Shown in pieces: positions 30,380 to 39,888 of a DNA stretch of 51,072 nt. The position numbers were made by a program, and so were the translations under genes. This stretch comes from Deltaproteobacteria bacterium. GTDB lineage: Bacteria; Desulfobacterota; Syntrophia; Syntrophales; UBA2210. The stretch spans positions 1 to 51,072 of the forward strand of contig JAFDBG010000011.1 in the NCBI GenBank assembly GCA_019313385.1, written 5' to 3'. The notes under the pieces are model-generated. The model searched no databases. It had not been told where the DNA came from and saw nothing but the letters and a program-made list of their open reading frames with translations. Position 1 is the stretch's first letter. Every line of letters begins with the position of its first letter.

Positions 30380-30619
30380 TTAATCCATCGCACATGTATC
30401 CGCTACGCACATGTAACTGCCGCCGGCTACAGCATCCAGATCCGCGTCCGACAATTCGCCGCCACGGCATTTGTTGAGCTCTGCCTGGGTAAAGTCAAAT
30501 CCCGCTCCCAGAATAACTTTCTTCTTTTCTTCCACGGATTTTGCTTCATTGATCGATTTTGCAAACGCTTCATCCGCCTTATACTTGGCCAAAAACTCTT
30601 TTGCGCTTTCAACTGACAT
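30380..30619 (-). CDS. Nif11-like leader RiPP precursor 2 (core SYMCVADTCAMD)
   Basis: Near-identical leader to precursor 1; ELSDADLDAVAGG; AGGAGG RBS. Confidence 0.92.
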   Translation of the reverse strand: MSVESAKEFLAKYKADEAFAKSINEAKSVEEKKKVILGAGFDFTQAELNKCRGGELSDADLDAVAGGSYMCVADTCAMD

Positions 30620-30679
30620 TTTGTTTCCTCCTTTTGAAGCAGGTTAAATAGTATTACCCGTAACGTACGTCACAGGCAA

Positions 30680-30761
30680 TTAACCGAACTGGTTAAAGCA
30701 AAATATTAAATTGCCACCGGCCACGGCGTCCAGATCCTCGTCGGACAATTCGCCACCGCAT
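30680..30761 (-). pseudogene. Third precursor remnant (CGGELSDEDLDAVAGG-NLIFCFNQFG*)
   Basis: Manual minus-strand translation; GAGGAG RBS plus an out-of-frame ATG abut the leader C-terminus. Confidence 0.8.
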
Positions 30762-30947
30762 CTTAAAACTCCTCTTTAAGGTGAACGATATTTTCTACAA
30801 GAGAAATAATACGTTTCCATGAATAGATTATAATCTTGCTTTTTGCAATACAAAAAAGAAAATCGAGGTAAAAATATCATGTTGAGATGGGATTTATAGC
30901 ACTATTCTGCGCGTGGGGATATATTTTTCACCAATTAGCCGCAATTT

Positions 30948-32111
30948 TTAAACACATATCCTTTCAGCGTACCTCAACGCTTTTTGAAGGATCGAGAGGG
31001 CTTTCTCAGAGGACAATTCTTCGATGGTAAAACAGGTTAGGATCATGATCGCAATGGCCTTCCACCGTTCTGTTTCGAAATTGTCTCTATGCTGGCGGTC
31101 AAATTCCTCAAGATTTTCCGAAGCCTTCTTTGCCAGGGTCTGAAGAATTTTAAAGGAGCCGTCCGAAAGAGGAGGCTTCCCCCGATAGTTCTCGAGCCGC
31201 CCTCCTTCCCGGTATTCGGGAAAATGTTCCAGTCCCAGAAAGCGCAAAAACCAGTCCGCCCGGTAACGGCCTGTGGCCGCCACAATCCCTATGTAATCGG
31301 CTATAAGTTCATCAATAAGTCGATTTTGCATGGATGAAAAAAGCTGCAGTGTTGCATAGTGAGTGCATTCATGTTCTCGTCGAATGATAAGGGAAAGCCG
31401 CTGCCACTCATCTTCAGAAAGCCCCATTTCAGGAGCCGATACCGCACTATAAGGCCCGTCGCTCAAAATAATGAAGCGATCCTGGTAAAGGTTCTTTTGC
31501 GGGATAATTCGCCTGAACTCCTCCTTCCACTGGTCTTCAGAACAGTTACGGCGATTTTCTGTCTCCCACCGCGCGCGGTATCTGACGATCCTGTCCCAGT
31601 TGTTGTACCCTGTGACGATGGCTGACCCCATGGATTTTGGGATGGGAGCGGGCTCATTCCTTTTGGTGAGAGCCCTGACAAGGGCGACAAACTCTTCCCT
31701 CACCGGGGTGGAAATGATCGGTATGCGCCCGGCAAGGGTCGGATGAATGGTCAGATGGAGAAGGTCAGACCTCTTCAGTTCGAGACCGGTTGCCTGGGGA
31801 ATGTCTTGCGGCGGAACGCCTCTTAGCGTAACGGACCGGTAAAACGACTCTTCGCTGATACCCTTCCTGACCAGAAACCGGAGTTGTACCAGGTGACCCT
31901 TTAAGGAATCAAAGGCACCTTTAATGATGGCCTCCGATTCGTACTTCTCCCAGACGGAAATAAAGGGTTCGTCAGGCAGGGGCAAGGGAGTGATTCGGGA
32001 CAGGCCGGTGTGATCATATGTATTCTCATTATAACGTAAGAGCTCATCCGTTTCAGAATCTGATGCTCCCAGTGATGCGAGCACATGTGCCCTGTAATCC
32101 TGATCTTTCAA
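30948..32111 (-). CDS. Conserved hypothetical protein with HExxH motif
   Basis: Intact 387-aa ORF; REHECTHY followed by DELIAD; embedded in the RiPP operon. Confidence 0.7.
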   Translation of the reverse strand: MKDQDYRAHVLASLGASDSETDELLRYNENTYDHTGLSRITPLPLPDEPFISVWEKYESEAIIKGAFDSLKGHLVQLRFLVRKGISEESFYRSVTLRGVPPQDIPQATGLELKRSDLLHLTIHPTLAGRIPIISTPVREEFVALVRALTKRNEPAPIPKSMGSAIVTGYNNWDRIVRYRARWETENRRNCSEDQWKEEFRRIIPQKNLYQDRFIILSDGPYSAVSAPEMGLSEDEWQRLSLIIRREHECTHYATLQLFSSMQNRLIDELIADYIGIVAATGRYRADWFLRFLGLEHFPEYREGGRLENYRGKPPLSDGSFKILQTLAKKASENLEEFDRQHRDNFETERWKAIAIMILTCFTIEELSSEKALSILQKALRYAERICV

Positions 32112-32128
32112 AGCTTACGCCCCAACCT

Positions 32129-33286
32129 TTACTGACTTTTGTAATATTCAAAGCGGCCATTTCTGGCCTCTTTGATAAAGATCTCATCCTCTACAATATC
32201 ACCGTTTTCGGCATACGTATGAAAACCCGTAGCCCCTTCCCAACCCTTCGTGGCGCGCAAGGCATCTGCAATGCGTGAGGGCACAGTGGATTGGGCCTTT
32301 TCCATAGCCCAGGCAAGGAGCTTCATTGCGTCGTAACCTTGGGCGGCCTTGGAATCAGGGATGGTATTGTATTTATCTGAAAAGGCCTTTACAAAATGCT
32401 GGACCTTTTTTTCTTTTCGTTCCGGATAAAACGGGGAACCTACAAATACATTGATGGCACTTTCGCCCGCACTCTTAAACAGTTCAGGCGAATCCAGTCC
32501 TTCCCCTCCTATGATGGGGACCTTGATTCCCAGACTCCTGGCTTCTTTAATAATATAACCCGCCTGAGGAGTAATACCGCCAAGGAAAACGGCATCGAAG
32601 GAAAAGTTATCGCTCCAGTAGGCAAAATCCTTTTGGAAATTTTTTATGTCACTCAAGGAGGTATAGTCGATCCGATCGACTATGGCGATTCCTTTTTTTT
32701 CAGCCTCCATCTCAAAGGCATCGGCCAATCTCTGTCCATACTCATCACTGGAATGGTATATTACCATGTTTTGATACCCTTGCCCGTCACAAAAATCGGC
32801 CAGTTCCCGGCCGAAGACGGAATCGCTTGGGATATTACGGAACACACATTTAAAACCCCGTTCGGTCAATCTGGGGGTTGTCGATGTTGGGGAAAGCATG
32901 AGCAGATCATAGTATTCGTAAATAATGGATGTGGCGTAGGATATATATGAATTATAATGTCCTATCATCGCGACCATATCTATATTTTCCGCGAATTGCT
33001 GCGCTACAATCTGTCCCTTGGTTACCGAAGCCTCGTCATCCCTCTTCACCACATGAATCCTTCGGCCAAGAACCCCTCCTTCATTATTGATCTCTGACAG
33101 GGCAAGCTCTATCCCCTGCCACAAGCCATTTTTTATCTCCGACCATGGCGCGGCAGCGCCTATGACAATCGGGCCAGTCGATTTCTCCGCCCGTAGGGCC
33201 CTTTTTTCACCGGGGTTGTCCCCACCCGTACAGGCCATTATGCCTAAAAGGAACACTGCAAGCCCTATTAAATATCTTTTTACCAT
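32129..33286 (-). CDS. LivJ/K-like periplasmic binding lipoprotein
   Basis: Lipobox IMAC; EINNEGGVLGR, GHYNS, DEYGQ and QGYDA motifs. Confidence 0.85.
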   Translation of the reverse strand: MVKRYLIGLAVFLLGIMACTGGDNPGEKRALRAEKSTGPIVIGAAAPWSEIKNGLWQGIELALSEINNEGGVLGRRIHVVKRDDEASVTKGQIVAQQFAENIDMVAMIGHYNSYISYATSIIYEYYDLLMLSPTSTTPRLTERGFKCVFRNIPSDSVFGRELADFCDGQGYQNMVIYHSSDEYGQRLADAFEMEAEKKGIAIVDRIDYTSLSDIKNFQKDFAYWSDNFSFDAVFLGGITPQAGYIIKEARSLGIKVPIIGGEGLDSPELFKSAGESAINVFVGSPFYPERKEKKVQHFVKAFSDKYNTIPDSKAAQGYDAMKLLAWAMEKAQSTVPSRIADALRATKGWEGATGFHTYAENGDIVEDEIFIKEARNGRFEYYKSQ

Positions 33287-33393
33287 AGCGTCTCCTTTTG
33301 CCGTGCTCTAATCCATAAATCAACAATCACCGCCCGCAAGGTCGTAGAGGTAATCATTAAGATTGATAGTAGCATGTAGGTATATTTCATAAC

Positions 33394-36303
33394 CTACGCC
33401 AGTTGTCGTGCTGCCAGTTCGGCAAAAAAGCCCTTCTGCCTCATAAGTTCATGGTATGCACCTGATTCGATGATTTTTCCATCTTGAAGCACATAAATAA
33501 GATCTGCGTTCATTATTGTACTCAGTCTGTGAGCAATTACTACACGAGTCACCTCAAGCTTTTCCAGGCTGTGGCTCACAATTGCCTGAGTATGATTATC
33601 CAGAGCGCTGGTTGCCTCATCAAAGAAAAGGATTCGGGGTTTTTTAACGATAGCTCGGGCAATGATCAACCGCTGTCTTTGCCCCCCTGACAGGGTTCCT
33701 CCCCCGGCGCTTACCACCGTATGCATACCCATGGGCATTTCCTCAATATCCTTGTCGATACCCACCATGCGTGCCGCTTCCCAGGCATCATCAATGGTCA
33801 GATTGGAGGCCCCAATAATATTTCTAAAGATATCTCCCTGCATTAACTGAGCATTTTGCAATACGACACCGACTTGCTGTCGCACCTCACGAAAATCGAG
33901 GGATGCTAAATCGTGTCCGTCATAGTAAATGGCACCCGATTCCTGTTTCTCAAATCCGAGTAAAAGTCTCAAAAGTGTTGACTTCCCTGATCCAGATCCG
34001 CCAACCAGGGCGATGAACTGTCCTGGCGCAACCTGCAAAGAGACATCTTTTAATATGATCGGTCCATCGTGGCTGTAATGGAAATTGATATGGCTGACCT
34101 CAATCGCCCCGCTCAATGCTCCCGGGTGAGTCTCCCCCTGGTTCGTTTCGGGGGTCGCCTCGATAATTGGTTTGAGCCTCTCATAGAGTGGAATAATGCT
34201 CAGGGAGGTCGCCAAAGCCGCAGCCATTTGGAGCATGGCCATCTGAAAATTACAATAGGCGGCATTAAAGGCCAGAAAGTTGCCAGTGCTCAATCTTCCT
34301 CCGGTAGTTTTCCAGATTAACCAGGCAAATATCGACATAGAAGCGATAACGGGGAAGGCGGAATTGAATGAGGTTAGCATATTTTGAATAGTACCCGCTT
34401 TAAAGGCGAGTTCTTTCTTCTCGGCGAAGTTTCCTGCCCATGCCGCGAATGCACGGTCCTCAGTGCCGGAGACACGGAGCTTTGTAATGCCTGAAATAAA
34501 CTGTAGAACCATGCCTGAAATCTTACCTTCGATTTCGTTTATTTTCCTCTGATAGCGGACAACCAGATAACTGGCAATGCCGGTGATAAGGATGCCTATC
34601 ATGGATAATCCCACTCCGACGAGGGCGAGTCTCACATCGTAGTAAAAAAGCAGGGCCAGACTAAATATGGAAAACAGGCAGGCCAGTATTGCGTTTACGG
34701 TAACACCGGAAAGAAGATCTCTGATCTCGTTGACCCCCATAGCTCTTTTTGCCAGATCTCCGGCCGAATAGTCGCGAAAGAAAGGAACGGGAAGAGAGAG
34801 AAGCCGATCCCATATTGCCGCCTGAATGGATGAATCCGTCTTACCAACAATACGCAGCAGCGCAATGCTCTTGGTTACATCGAACATGAGCATTGCGACG
34901 GCGGCTGTAGCCAGAACCAGGGAAATCTGCATGAGCTGGCCCCGAGAGGCCTCGGGAATAACTCTATCGAAAATGATTCCCGTCATAATAGGTATAAGAA
35001 GGCCCAGAAGGGCTCCGAGGACCCCCATAAGAATAACAGACGTAAGAGCGCCACCGCACCCACGAAAGCCAAACTTTATCAGATCGAGCCCGGTCAGCGC
35101 CCGGTTCGGGAAGGGCCGATAAAAAGAATATGCCTCCGGTGCCAGAGATTCGACGGTGCGGGATGTCGCCATTTGTCGTGTCCCCATTGCCGGATCATAG
35201 ATCGCGTACTTTCTCGGCGAAACTGAAATCAGGGCCACAGGTCTTTTTTCTTTATCGGCAAAGGCCAGAAGCGGGCCCTGGTCACGCCGCCACCAGGTTT
35301 CCTTGAGGATAACTTGTCGACTCCGAAAACCGGAACTTCGTGCGATATCTTCCAAAGAAAACCCATTGCCGCTGTCTTTCTCGGCTATGGCAGGCGAGCG
35401 GACTGCCATGCCGAGCGAATCTCCAATCATTCGACACGCCGCAAAAAGGGGATCTTCTTTGTCCTTTTGGGGGGCAACTACTTTCTTTTCTTCTTCCAGT
35501 ATAGAACCCAGACGATAGAAGGCCTGGGCCAGTTGTGAACGTCTGGCTTCGTCTTTTGTATGGATACGCTCGCGCTCGTCCCTTTCGGTCAATTTTTGAT
35601 TCAGGGCAAGGCACCTCAGGGCATATCGATGGAAATTACATAGCGCTTTCCACTCCCGATGTTTGCCAAAGAGCGTCTCTCCATCGATAACGGAAAAGGT
35701 TGTTTTTCCTTCTGTAACGATCCATGCGTTTGTGGAAAGGGGAAAGTATTCACCCTTGAGGATCTCGGGCCATTCACCTTTGCCCATCCACTGTAACGTT
35801 CCCTCGCTGGGCTTGATCCAGAGAGTCTTTTCAGGCGTTCGGAAATAGGTTTCCTCTTGGGTGAAAATATCGGAAGCGACATTAAGGTCGCTGAAGTCTC
35901 TGGGAAAGCGTATTTCTTTTCGAATTCCCGCGGATAACCTGCCGACCCACCGGTCGATCATGTCTCCCATCTTTTTTCGATAGGTTGATCCTTCCACGTC
36001 CTCAATAAGAGCGGACCTGGCATATTCCATGAGGGATGTATCGGGACCCCCCACGGCCAACAGGACTGCATCGTACTCTTTTCGGTCAGCTCTCATGCCG
36101 AAAAGTGCCTCTCCTTCATGGGCACGAAAGACATGGACGCGAGGCCCCTTCAGTTCTCCCTTATCCATCTGAACCGAGAAAACATCGACATTCCCGGAAT
36201 GGACCACAAAGATCCGTTCTTCGTCATCAAGGAGAAGTGGTTTGTTTCCGCTCACCTTCCGGATTGAGCCTTCTGTCTCAAATATGTCGCTCATTGTCTC
36301 CAT
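33394..36303 (-). CDS. NHLP bacteriocin-system ABC transporter permease/ATPase (peptidase-less partner)
   Basis: Long N-terminal extension, WWRRDQGPLL, GGSGSGKST, LSGGQRQR and DEATSALD motifs. Confidence 0.88.
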   Translation of the reverse strand: METMSDIFETEGSIRKVSGNKPLLLDDEERIFVVHSGNVDVFSVQMDKGELKGPRVHVFRAHEGEALFGMRADRKEYDAVLLAVGGPDTSLMEYARSALIEDVEGSTYRKKMGDMIDRWVGRLSAGIRKEIRFPRDFSDLNVASDIFTQEETYFRTPEKTLWIKPSEGTLQWMGKGEWPEILKGEYFPLSTNAWIVTEGKTTFSVIDGETLFGKHREWKALCNFHRYALRCLALNQKLTERDERERIHTKDEARRSQLAQAFYRLGSILEEEKKVVAPQKDKEDPLFAACRMIGDSLGMAVRSPAIAEKDSGNGFSLEDIARSSGFRSRQVILKETWWRRDQGPLLAFADKEKRPVALISVSPRKYAIYDPAMGTRQMATSRTVESLAPEAYSFYRPFPNRALTGLDLIKFGFRGCGGALTSVILMGVLGALLGLLIPIMTGIIFDRVIPEASRGQLMQISLVLATAAVAMLMFDVTKSIALLRIVGKTDSSIQAAIWDRLLSLPVPFFRDYSAGDLAKRAMGVNEIRDLLSGVTVNAILACLFSIFSLALLFYYDVRLALVGVGLSMIGILITGIASYLVVRYQRKINEIEGKISGMVLQFISGITKLRVSGTEDRAFAAWAGNFAEKKELAFKAGTIQNMLTSFNSAFPVIASMSIFAWLIWKTTGGRLSTGNFLAFNAAYCNFQMAMLQMAAALATSLSIIPLYERLKPIIEATPETNQGETHPGALSGAIEVSHINFHYSHDGPIILKDVSLQVAPGQFIALVGGSGSGKSTLLRLLLGFEKQESGAIYYDGHDLASLDFREVRQQVGVVLQNAQLMQGDIFRNIIGASNLTIDDAWEAARMVGIDKDIEEMPMGMHTVVSAGGGTLSGGQRQRLIIARAIVKKPRILFFDEATSALDNHTQAIVSHSLEKLEVTRVVIAHRLSTIMNADLIYVLQDGKIIESGAYHELMRQKGFFAELAARQLA

Positions 36304-36390
36304 AAAAGAAAAGTTTCCTGTGTAGAGTCTTTATCCTCAACAACTGCGGTTTTTATGCCTCAGGATAATACTCCCAACCGCGTGGGAACA

Positions 36391-38562
36391 TCACTGTTCA
36401 TTTATCAGATCGGCGTAGAGCCCTGCCGCATCAAGCAGTTCTTCATGGGTTCCCCGTTGTACAACCTTTCCACGGTCAAGAACGATGATCTCATCACAAT
36501 CCCGAATCGTGCTCAAGCGATGGGCAATAATGACGCAGGTGCATCCCCTTCGTCTGAGGTTATCATCGACAATTTTCTCCGTATACGGGTCCAGGGAACT
36601 GGTAGCTTCATCGAGGATAAGAATAGTCGGATTGTTCACCAGGGCTCGGGCTATTTCAAGGCGTTGCCGCTGGCCGCCGCTGAAATTTTTTCCCCCTTCC
36701 GCTACTATGCTTGAATATCCCCCCCGCACCGCGATATCGGAATGGATGGAGGCATCCTGTGCGGCCCTCGTGATCGTGGATTCACGAACGGTATCATCCC
36801 ACATGGTGAGATTTGACTTGATTGTTCCACCGAACATAAAAATGTCCTGATCCACCATAGCCAGGGAGTTATATAATACATCGCGTGGAATCTCGGGTAT
36901 GGTCATGCCGTCAAGGGTGATGCGGCCATCCCAGGGATCGTAAAAACCCGCAATAAGTTTCGCGATCGTCGATTTTCCCGATCCGGACCCTCCTACCAGC
37001 GCCACACGCATACCCGGATTCAAGGCCAGACTGAAATCTTCTATAAGGGGGGGGGCAAGACGACTGTACCCAAAGGTTAGTTTGTGGAGTTCCAGCTTCC
37101 CCGATAGTTTTGCGGGCATGGATTCAGCCGGCTCAGTTTCCTTGACTGCAAAACGCTTATCGACGGGATTTCGCTCTACGTCATCCAGCCGATCCATGTC
37201 TGCATGGGTTTCCTGCAGGAGGCTTCCCAGATTGACCATCTGGTTGACCGGCTGCATAAAACTCATCATGAGGCTTTGAAAAGCCACCAGCATTCCCATG
37301 CTCAAGTGGCCTTCCATGACACGAAGTCCACCAACCCCCAGTATGGCCACGATATTCAGACTCGTTAGAAAGGGTGGTATGAGAGTAAGTGTCTGGGTGA
37401 AAAGGGCGAGCTGTTGCTGCGCATTCAGGACCTTTGCCTGATAGCCTGACCATTGTGAGAAAAAATCAGATTCCGATCCGGTGGCTTTTAGCGTCTCAAT
37501 CATTTGCAGGCCCATCATGGCCGTTCCCATCATCTTGCCTGCATCCTGCTGCAGGCGCATATTAAGATTCTTTCGCTTACGCGACACGTATTTTAAAACG
37601 GCAAGATTCAGAAGGGCGATAACAATGCCCAGCAGGGTGAGGACCACGTCGTACTGAATCATAAGAGCCGCATAAAACAAAACCAGCACCAGATTAATGA
37701 CATTGGTAGTCAGTTCCCCTGAAAGTATATGGGCAACCTTGTCATTAAGTAATACGCGATTGCCCACTTCTCCCCCGAATCGCTGGGCAAAGAATTCAAT
37801 AGGCAGCCGGAAGACATGCTGGAAAAACTTACTTGAAGATGACAGGGCAAGCTTGGTTTCAAACCGCAGGAGATAGTGTCCCTGCAGCCAGGTGAGGGCT
37901 GCGCGCAGAAGGGCCGCGAGTCCCATCGCCAGGAGAAGAGGTTGCAACCATCCCTCCATCCTTTCAACCAGAATATAATCCACAAAGATCTTGGTAAAAA
38001 TCGGGATTACAAGTCCCGGAATAACCAGAAAAAGACCGGCCAGGACCACGTAGATGAGGGCCATCTTGCCCCCCACAAAGCGTTTTCGAAGGGAACGGAC
38101 AAGGCTCTTTTTCTCTCCGCCTTTTCGAAAGTCGTCAGTAGGTTTGAAAACCATAATGACGCCGGTAAAAGATTCATCAAATTCCTCTTTAGAAACCACT
38201 CTGGGGCCCGTGGCGGGATCATTCAGGTAAGCGCGCCCTTTTTTAATCCCTTCGAGAACAACGAAATGATTGAAATTCCAGAATACAATCATTGGAAAAG
38301 GGAATTCACTCAATTCTCCCAGCTCTTTGCTGTACCCCTTAGCCTCCAGTCCGTACCTGCGCGCGGCTTTCAGAATATTACTTGCCTTACTGCCATCCCT
38401 CGAAACCCCGCATTCAACTCTAAGCTCTTCCAGAGAAACAAACCGCCCGTAATAGCCGAGAATCATCGCCAGAGCCGCCGCGCCACACTCCACCGCTTCC
38501 ATCTGGATAACCGTCGGTGTCTTCACACGTCTGTTACGCCATGCTTTTTTCGGTGTGTTCAT
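36391..38562 (-). CDS. NHLP bacteriocin export ABC transporter with C39 peptidase
   Basis: TPTVIQMEAVECGAA, FWNFNHFVV and NDPA catalytic elements; ABC motifs. Confidence 0.92.
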   Translation of the reverse strand: MNTPKKAWRNRRVKTPTVIQMEAVECGAAALAMILGYYGRFVSLEELRVECGVSRDGSKASNILKAARRYGLEAKGYSKELGELSEFPFPMIVFWNFNHFVVLEGIKKGRAYLNDPATGPRVVSKEEFDESFTGVIMVFKPTDDFRKGGEKKSLVRSLRKRFVGGKMALIYVVLAGLFLVIPGLVIPIFTKIFVDYILVERMEGWLQPLLLAMGLAALLRAALTWLQGHYLLRFETKLALSSSSKFFQHVFRLPIEFFAQRFGGEVGNRVLLNDKVAHILSGELTTNVINLVLVLFYAALMIQYDVVLTLLGIVIALLNLAVLKYVSRKRKNLNMRLQQDAGKMMGTAMMGLQMIETLKATGSESDFFSQWSGYQAKVLNAQQQLALFTQTLTLIPPFLTSLNIVAILGVGGLRVMEGHLSMGMLVAFQSLMMSFMQPVNQMVNLGSLLQETHADMDRLDDVERNPVDKRFAVKETEPAESMPAKLSGKLELHKLTFGYSRLAPPLIEDFSLALNPGMRVALVGGSGSGKSTIAKLIAGFYDPWDGRITLDGMTIPEIPRDVLYNSLAMVDQDIFMFGGTIKSNLTMWDDTVRESTITRAAQDASIHSDIAVRGGYSSIVAEGGKNFSGGQRQRLEIARALVNNPTILILDEATSSLDPYTEKIVDDNLRRRGCTCVIIAHRLSTIRDCDEIIVLDRGKVVQRGTHEELLDAAGLYADLINEQ

Positions 38563-38564
38563 CT

Positions 38565-39851
38565 TTAAGATCCTTCAGTTGTATCGTCACCGACCCCAAG
38601 GACGTGTTTTTTGAAAAAGGGAATGACGAGATCTATGGGACGCTGTTCGGAAACCGTTACTGTTGCGTTGCAGAGCGTTCCCCCATTGACCTTTATCGGA
38701 GGGCCTTTTGAAGAAGACCACTTAAACCCGCTGGCCGTTCGGGGATCTGGAATCAGTTCGGCCCGCACTTCGACGGGCACCATACCTAAAGAAAATTTGT
38801 CCACCAGCGCTTCGTTTTGAAGCTGATTCATCATTCCCCGGTGGGTGGAAGGGAACGCCGAAACGCTTGTGACCAAACCATGAATAAATCCATACTGTTC
38901 TTGTTTAACAGTGGAGGGAGAAATCTGGGCATTCATTCCAAGTCGAATTTTTTTACCGTCGCGGGGTGAAAAATAGAGCACGGCTTCGAGGTTCTTTATC
39001 TCCTTGCCCATAAGTTCGACAGTCATGATCTGCTGGCCTTCGGAAACAAGAGAACCTTCATCGACAGATACTTCCAGTATGCGTCCCGTGTAGGGACTGA
39101 TGACTTTCGATTCCTCATTAAAACTATACTGTAACCGTTCGAGGGTCCTTTTGGCCTCGTTTATTTTCTGATCTATTGCCGAAAGGTCGTTTCCCTGTTG
39201 ATTTTTGAGCTGTATCTCCTTGATGGAAAGAAGTTTCAACTGGTTAAACTGTTCTCTGATTTTTTGCTCCGTGTCGCTTAATTGCTCTTGCGTATCTATC
39301 AGTTGCTGTTTCGTTATCAAGCCCATGTTCATAATGGCCGTTTGGTCTTCTATCTTTTTGTTGAGCCAGCCGACCTGCTCTTTAAGGGCCTCGATTGCGC
39401 TATTGATATTTTCCTTCTGCTCCTTTCTGGACTCCTTGTCCAGTACCATTTCCCGGGTTCCGAATTGGGCGATACGGACACGTTCCTTCTCAAACTCTGC
39501 GAGAGCAGCCCTGGAGCCTCTTATCTGATCGAGGAGTTGAGGCTGTTCGAGCCGTGCGACTACCTGTCCACAGCGAACGGTATCGTGCACACTGAAGTAG
39601 CGGTATTGGACACGTCCCGAAGTATCAGGAACAATTGCGTAGACCCCCCCCGATTTCATCAGTATTCCTTGACCCGTGACCCTGTCGGGTATGATTCCCA
39701 AGAATCCCCAGAAGACGGCACATATTAAGAGACCTATAAGCGCAATCAGGGCAACCCAGCCTTTCGGTGTGGTGATTTTCATGAGCTGATCCAGTTGCTC
39801 TGGAGACGACAGCCGCTCTAAGGCTACCTTTCTAAAGATCTGTCCACTCAT
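38565..39851 (-). CDS. NHLP bacteriocin-system secretion protein (HlyD family)
   Basis: IFRKVALERLSSPEQLDQLM N-terminus, coiled coil, and SGFKWSSSKGPP. Confidence 0.9.
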   Translation of the reverse strand: MSGQIFRKVALERLSSPEQLDQLMKITTPKGWVALIALIGLLICAVFWGFLGIIPDRVTGQGILMKSGGVYAIVPDTSGRVQYRYFSVHDTVRCGQVVARLEQPQLLDQIRGSRAALAEFEKERVRIAQFGTREMVLDKESRKEQKENINSAIEALKEQVGWLNKKIEDQTAIMNMGLITKQQLIDTQEQLSDTEQKIREQFNQLKLLSIKEIQLKNQQGNDLSAIDQKINEAKRTLERLQYSFNEESKVISPYTGRILEVSVDEGSLVSEGQQIMTVELMGKEIKNLEAVLYFSPRDGKKIRLGMNAQISPSTVKQEQYGFIHGLVTSVSAFPSTHRGMMNQLQNEALVDKFSLGMVPVEVRAELIPDPRTASGFKWSSSKGPPIKVNGGTLCNATVTVSEQRPIDLVIPFFKKHVLGVGDDTTEGS

Positions 39852-39888
39852 GGTCGATAAACCTCCTTGTTAATAAGTGTGACGATGC

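Noticed and set aside
30067-30761. Repeated DNA units as a CRISPR-like or non-coding array
   Set aside because: Fully explained by paralogous precursor genes with RBS and shared leaders
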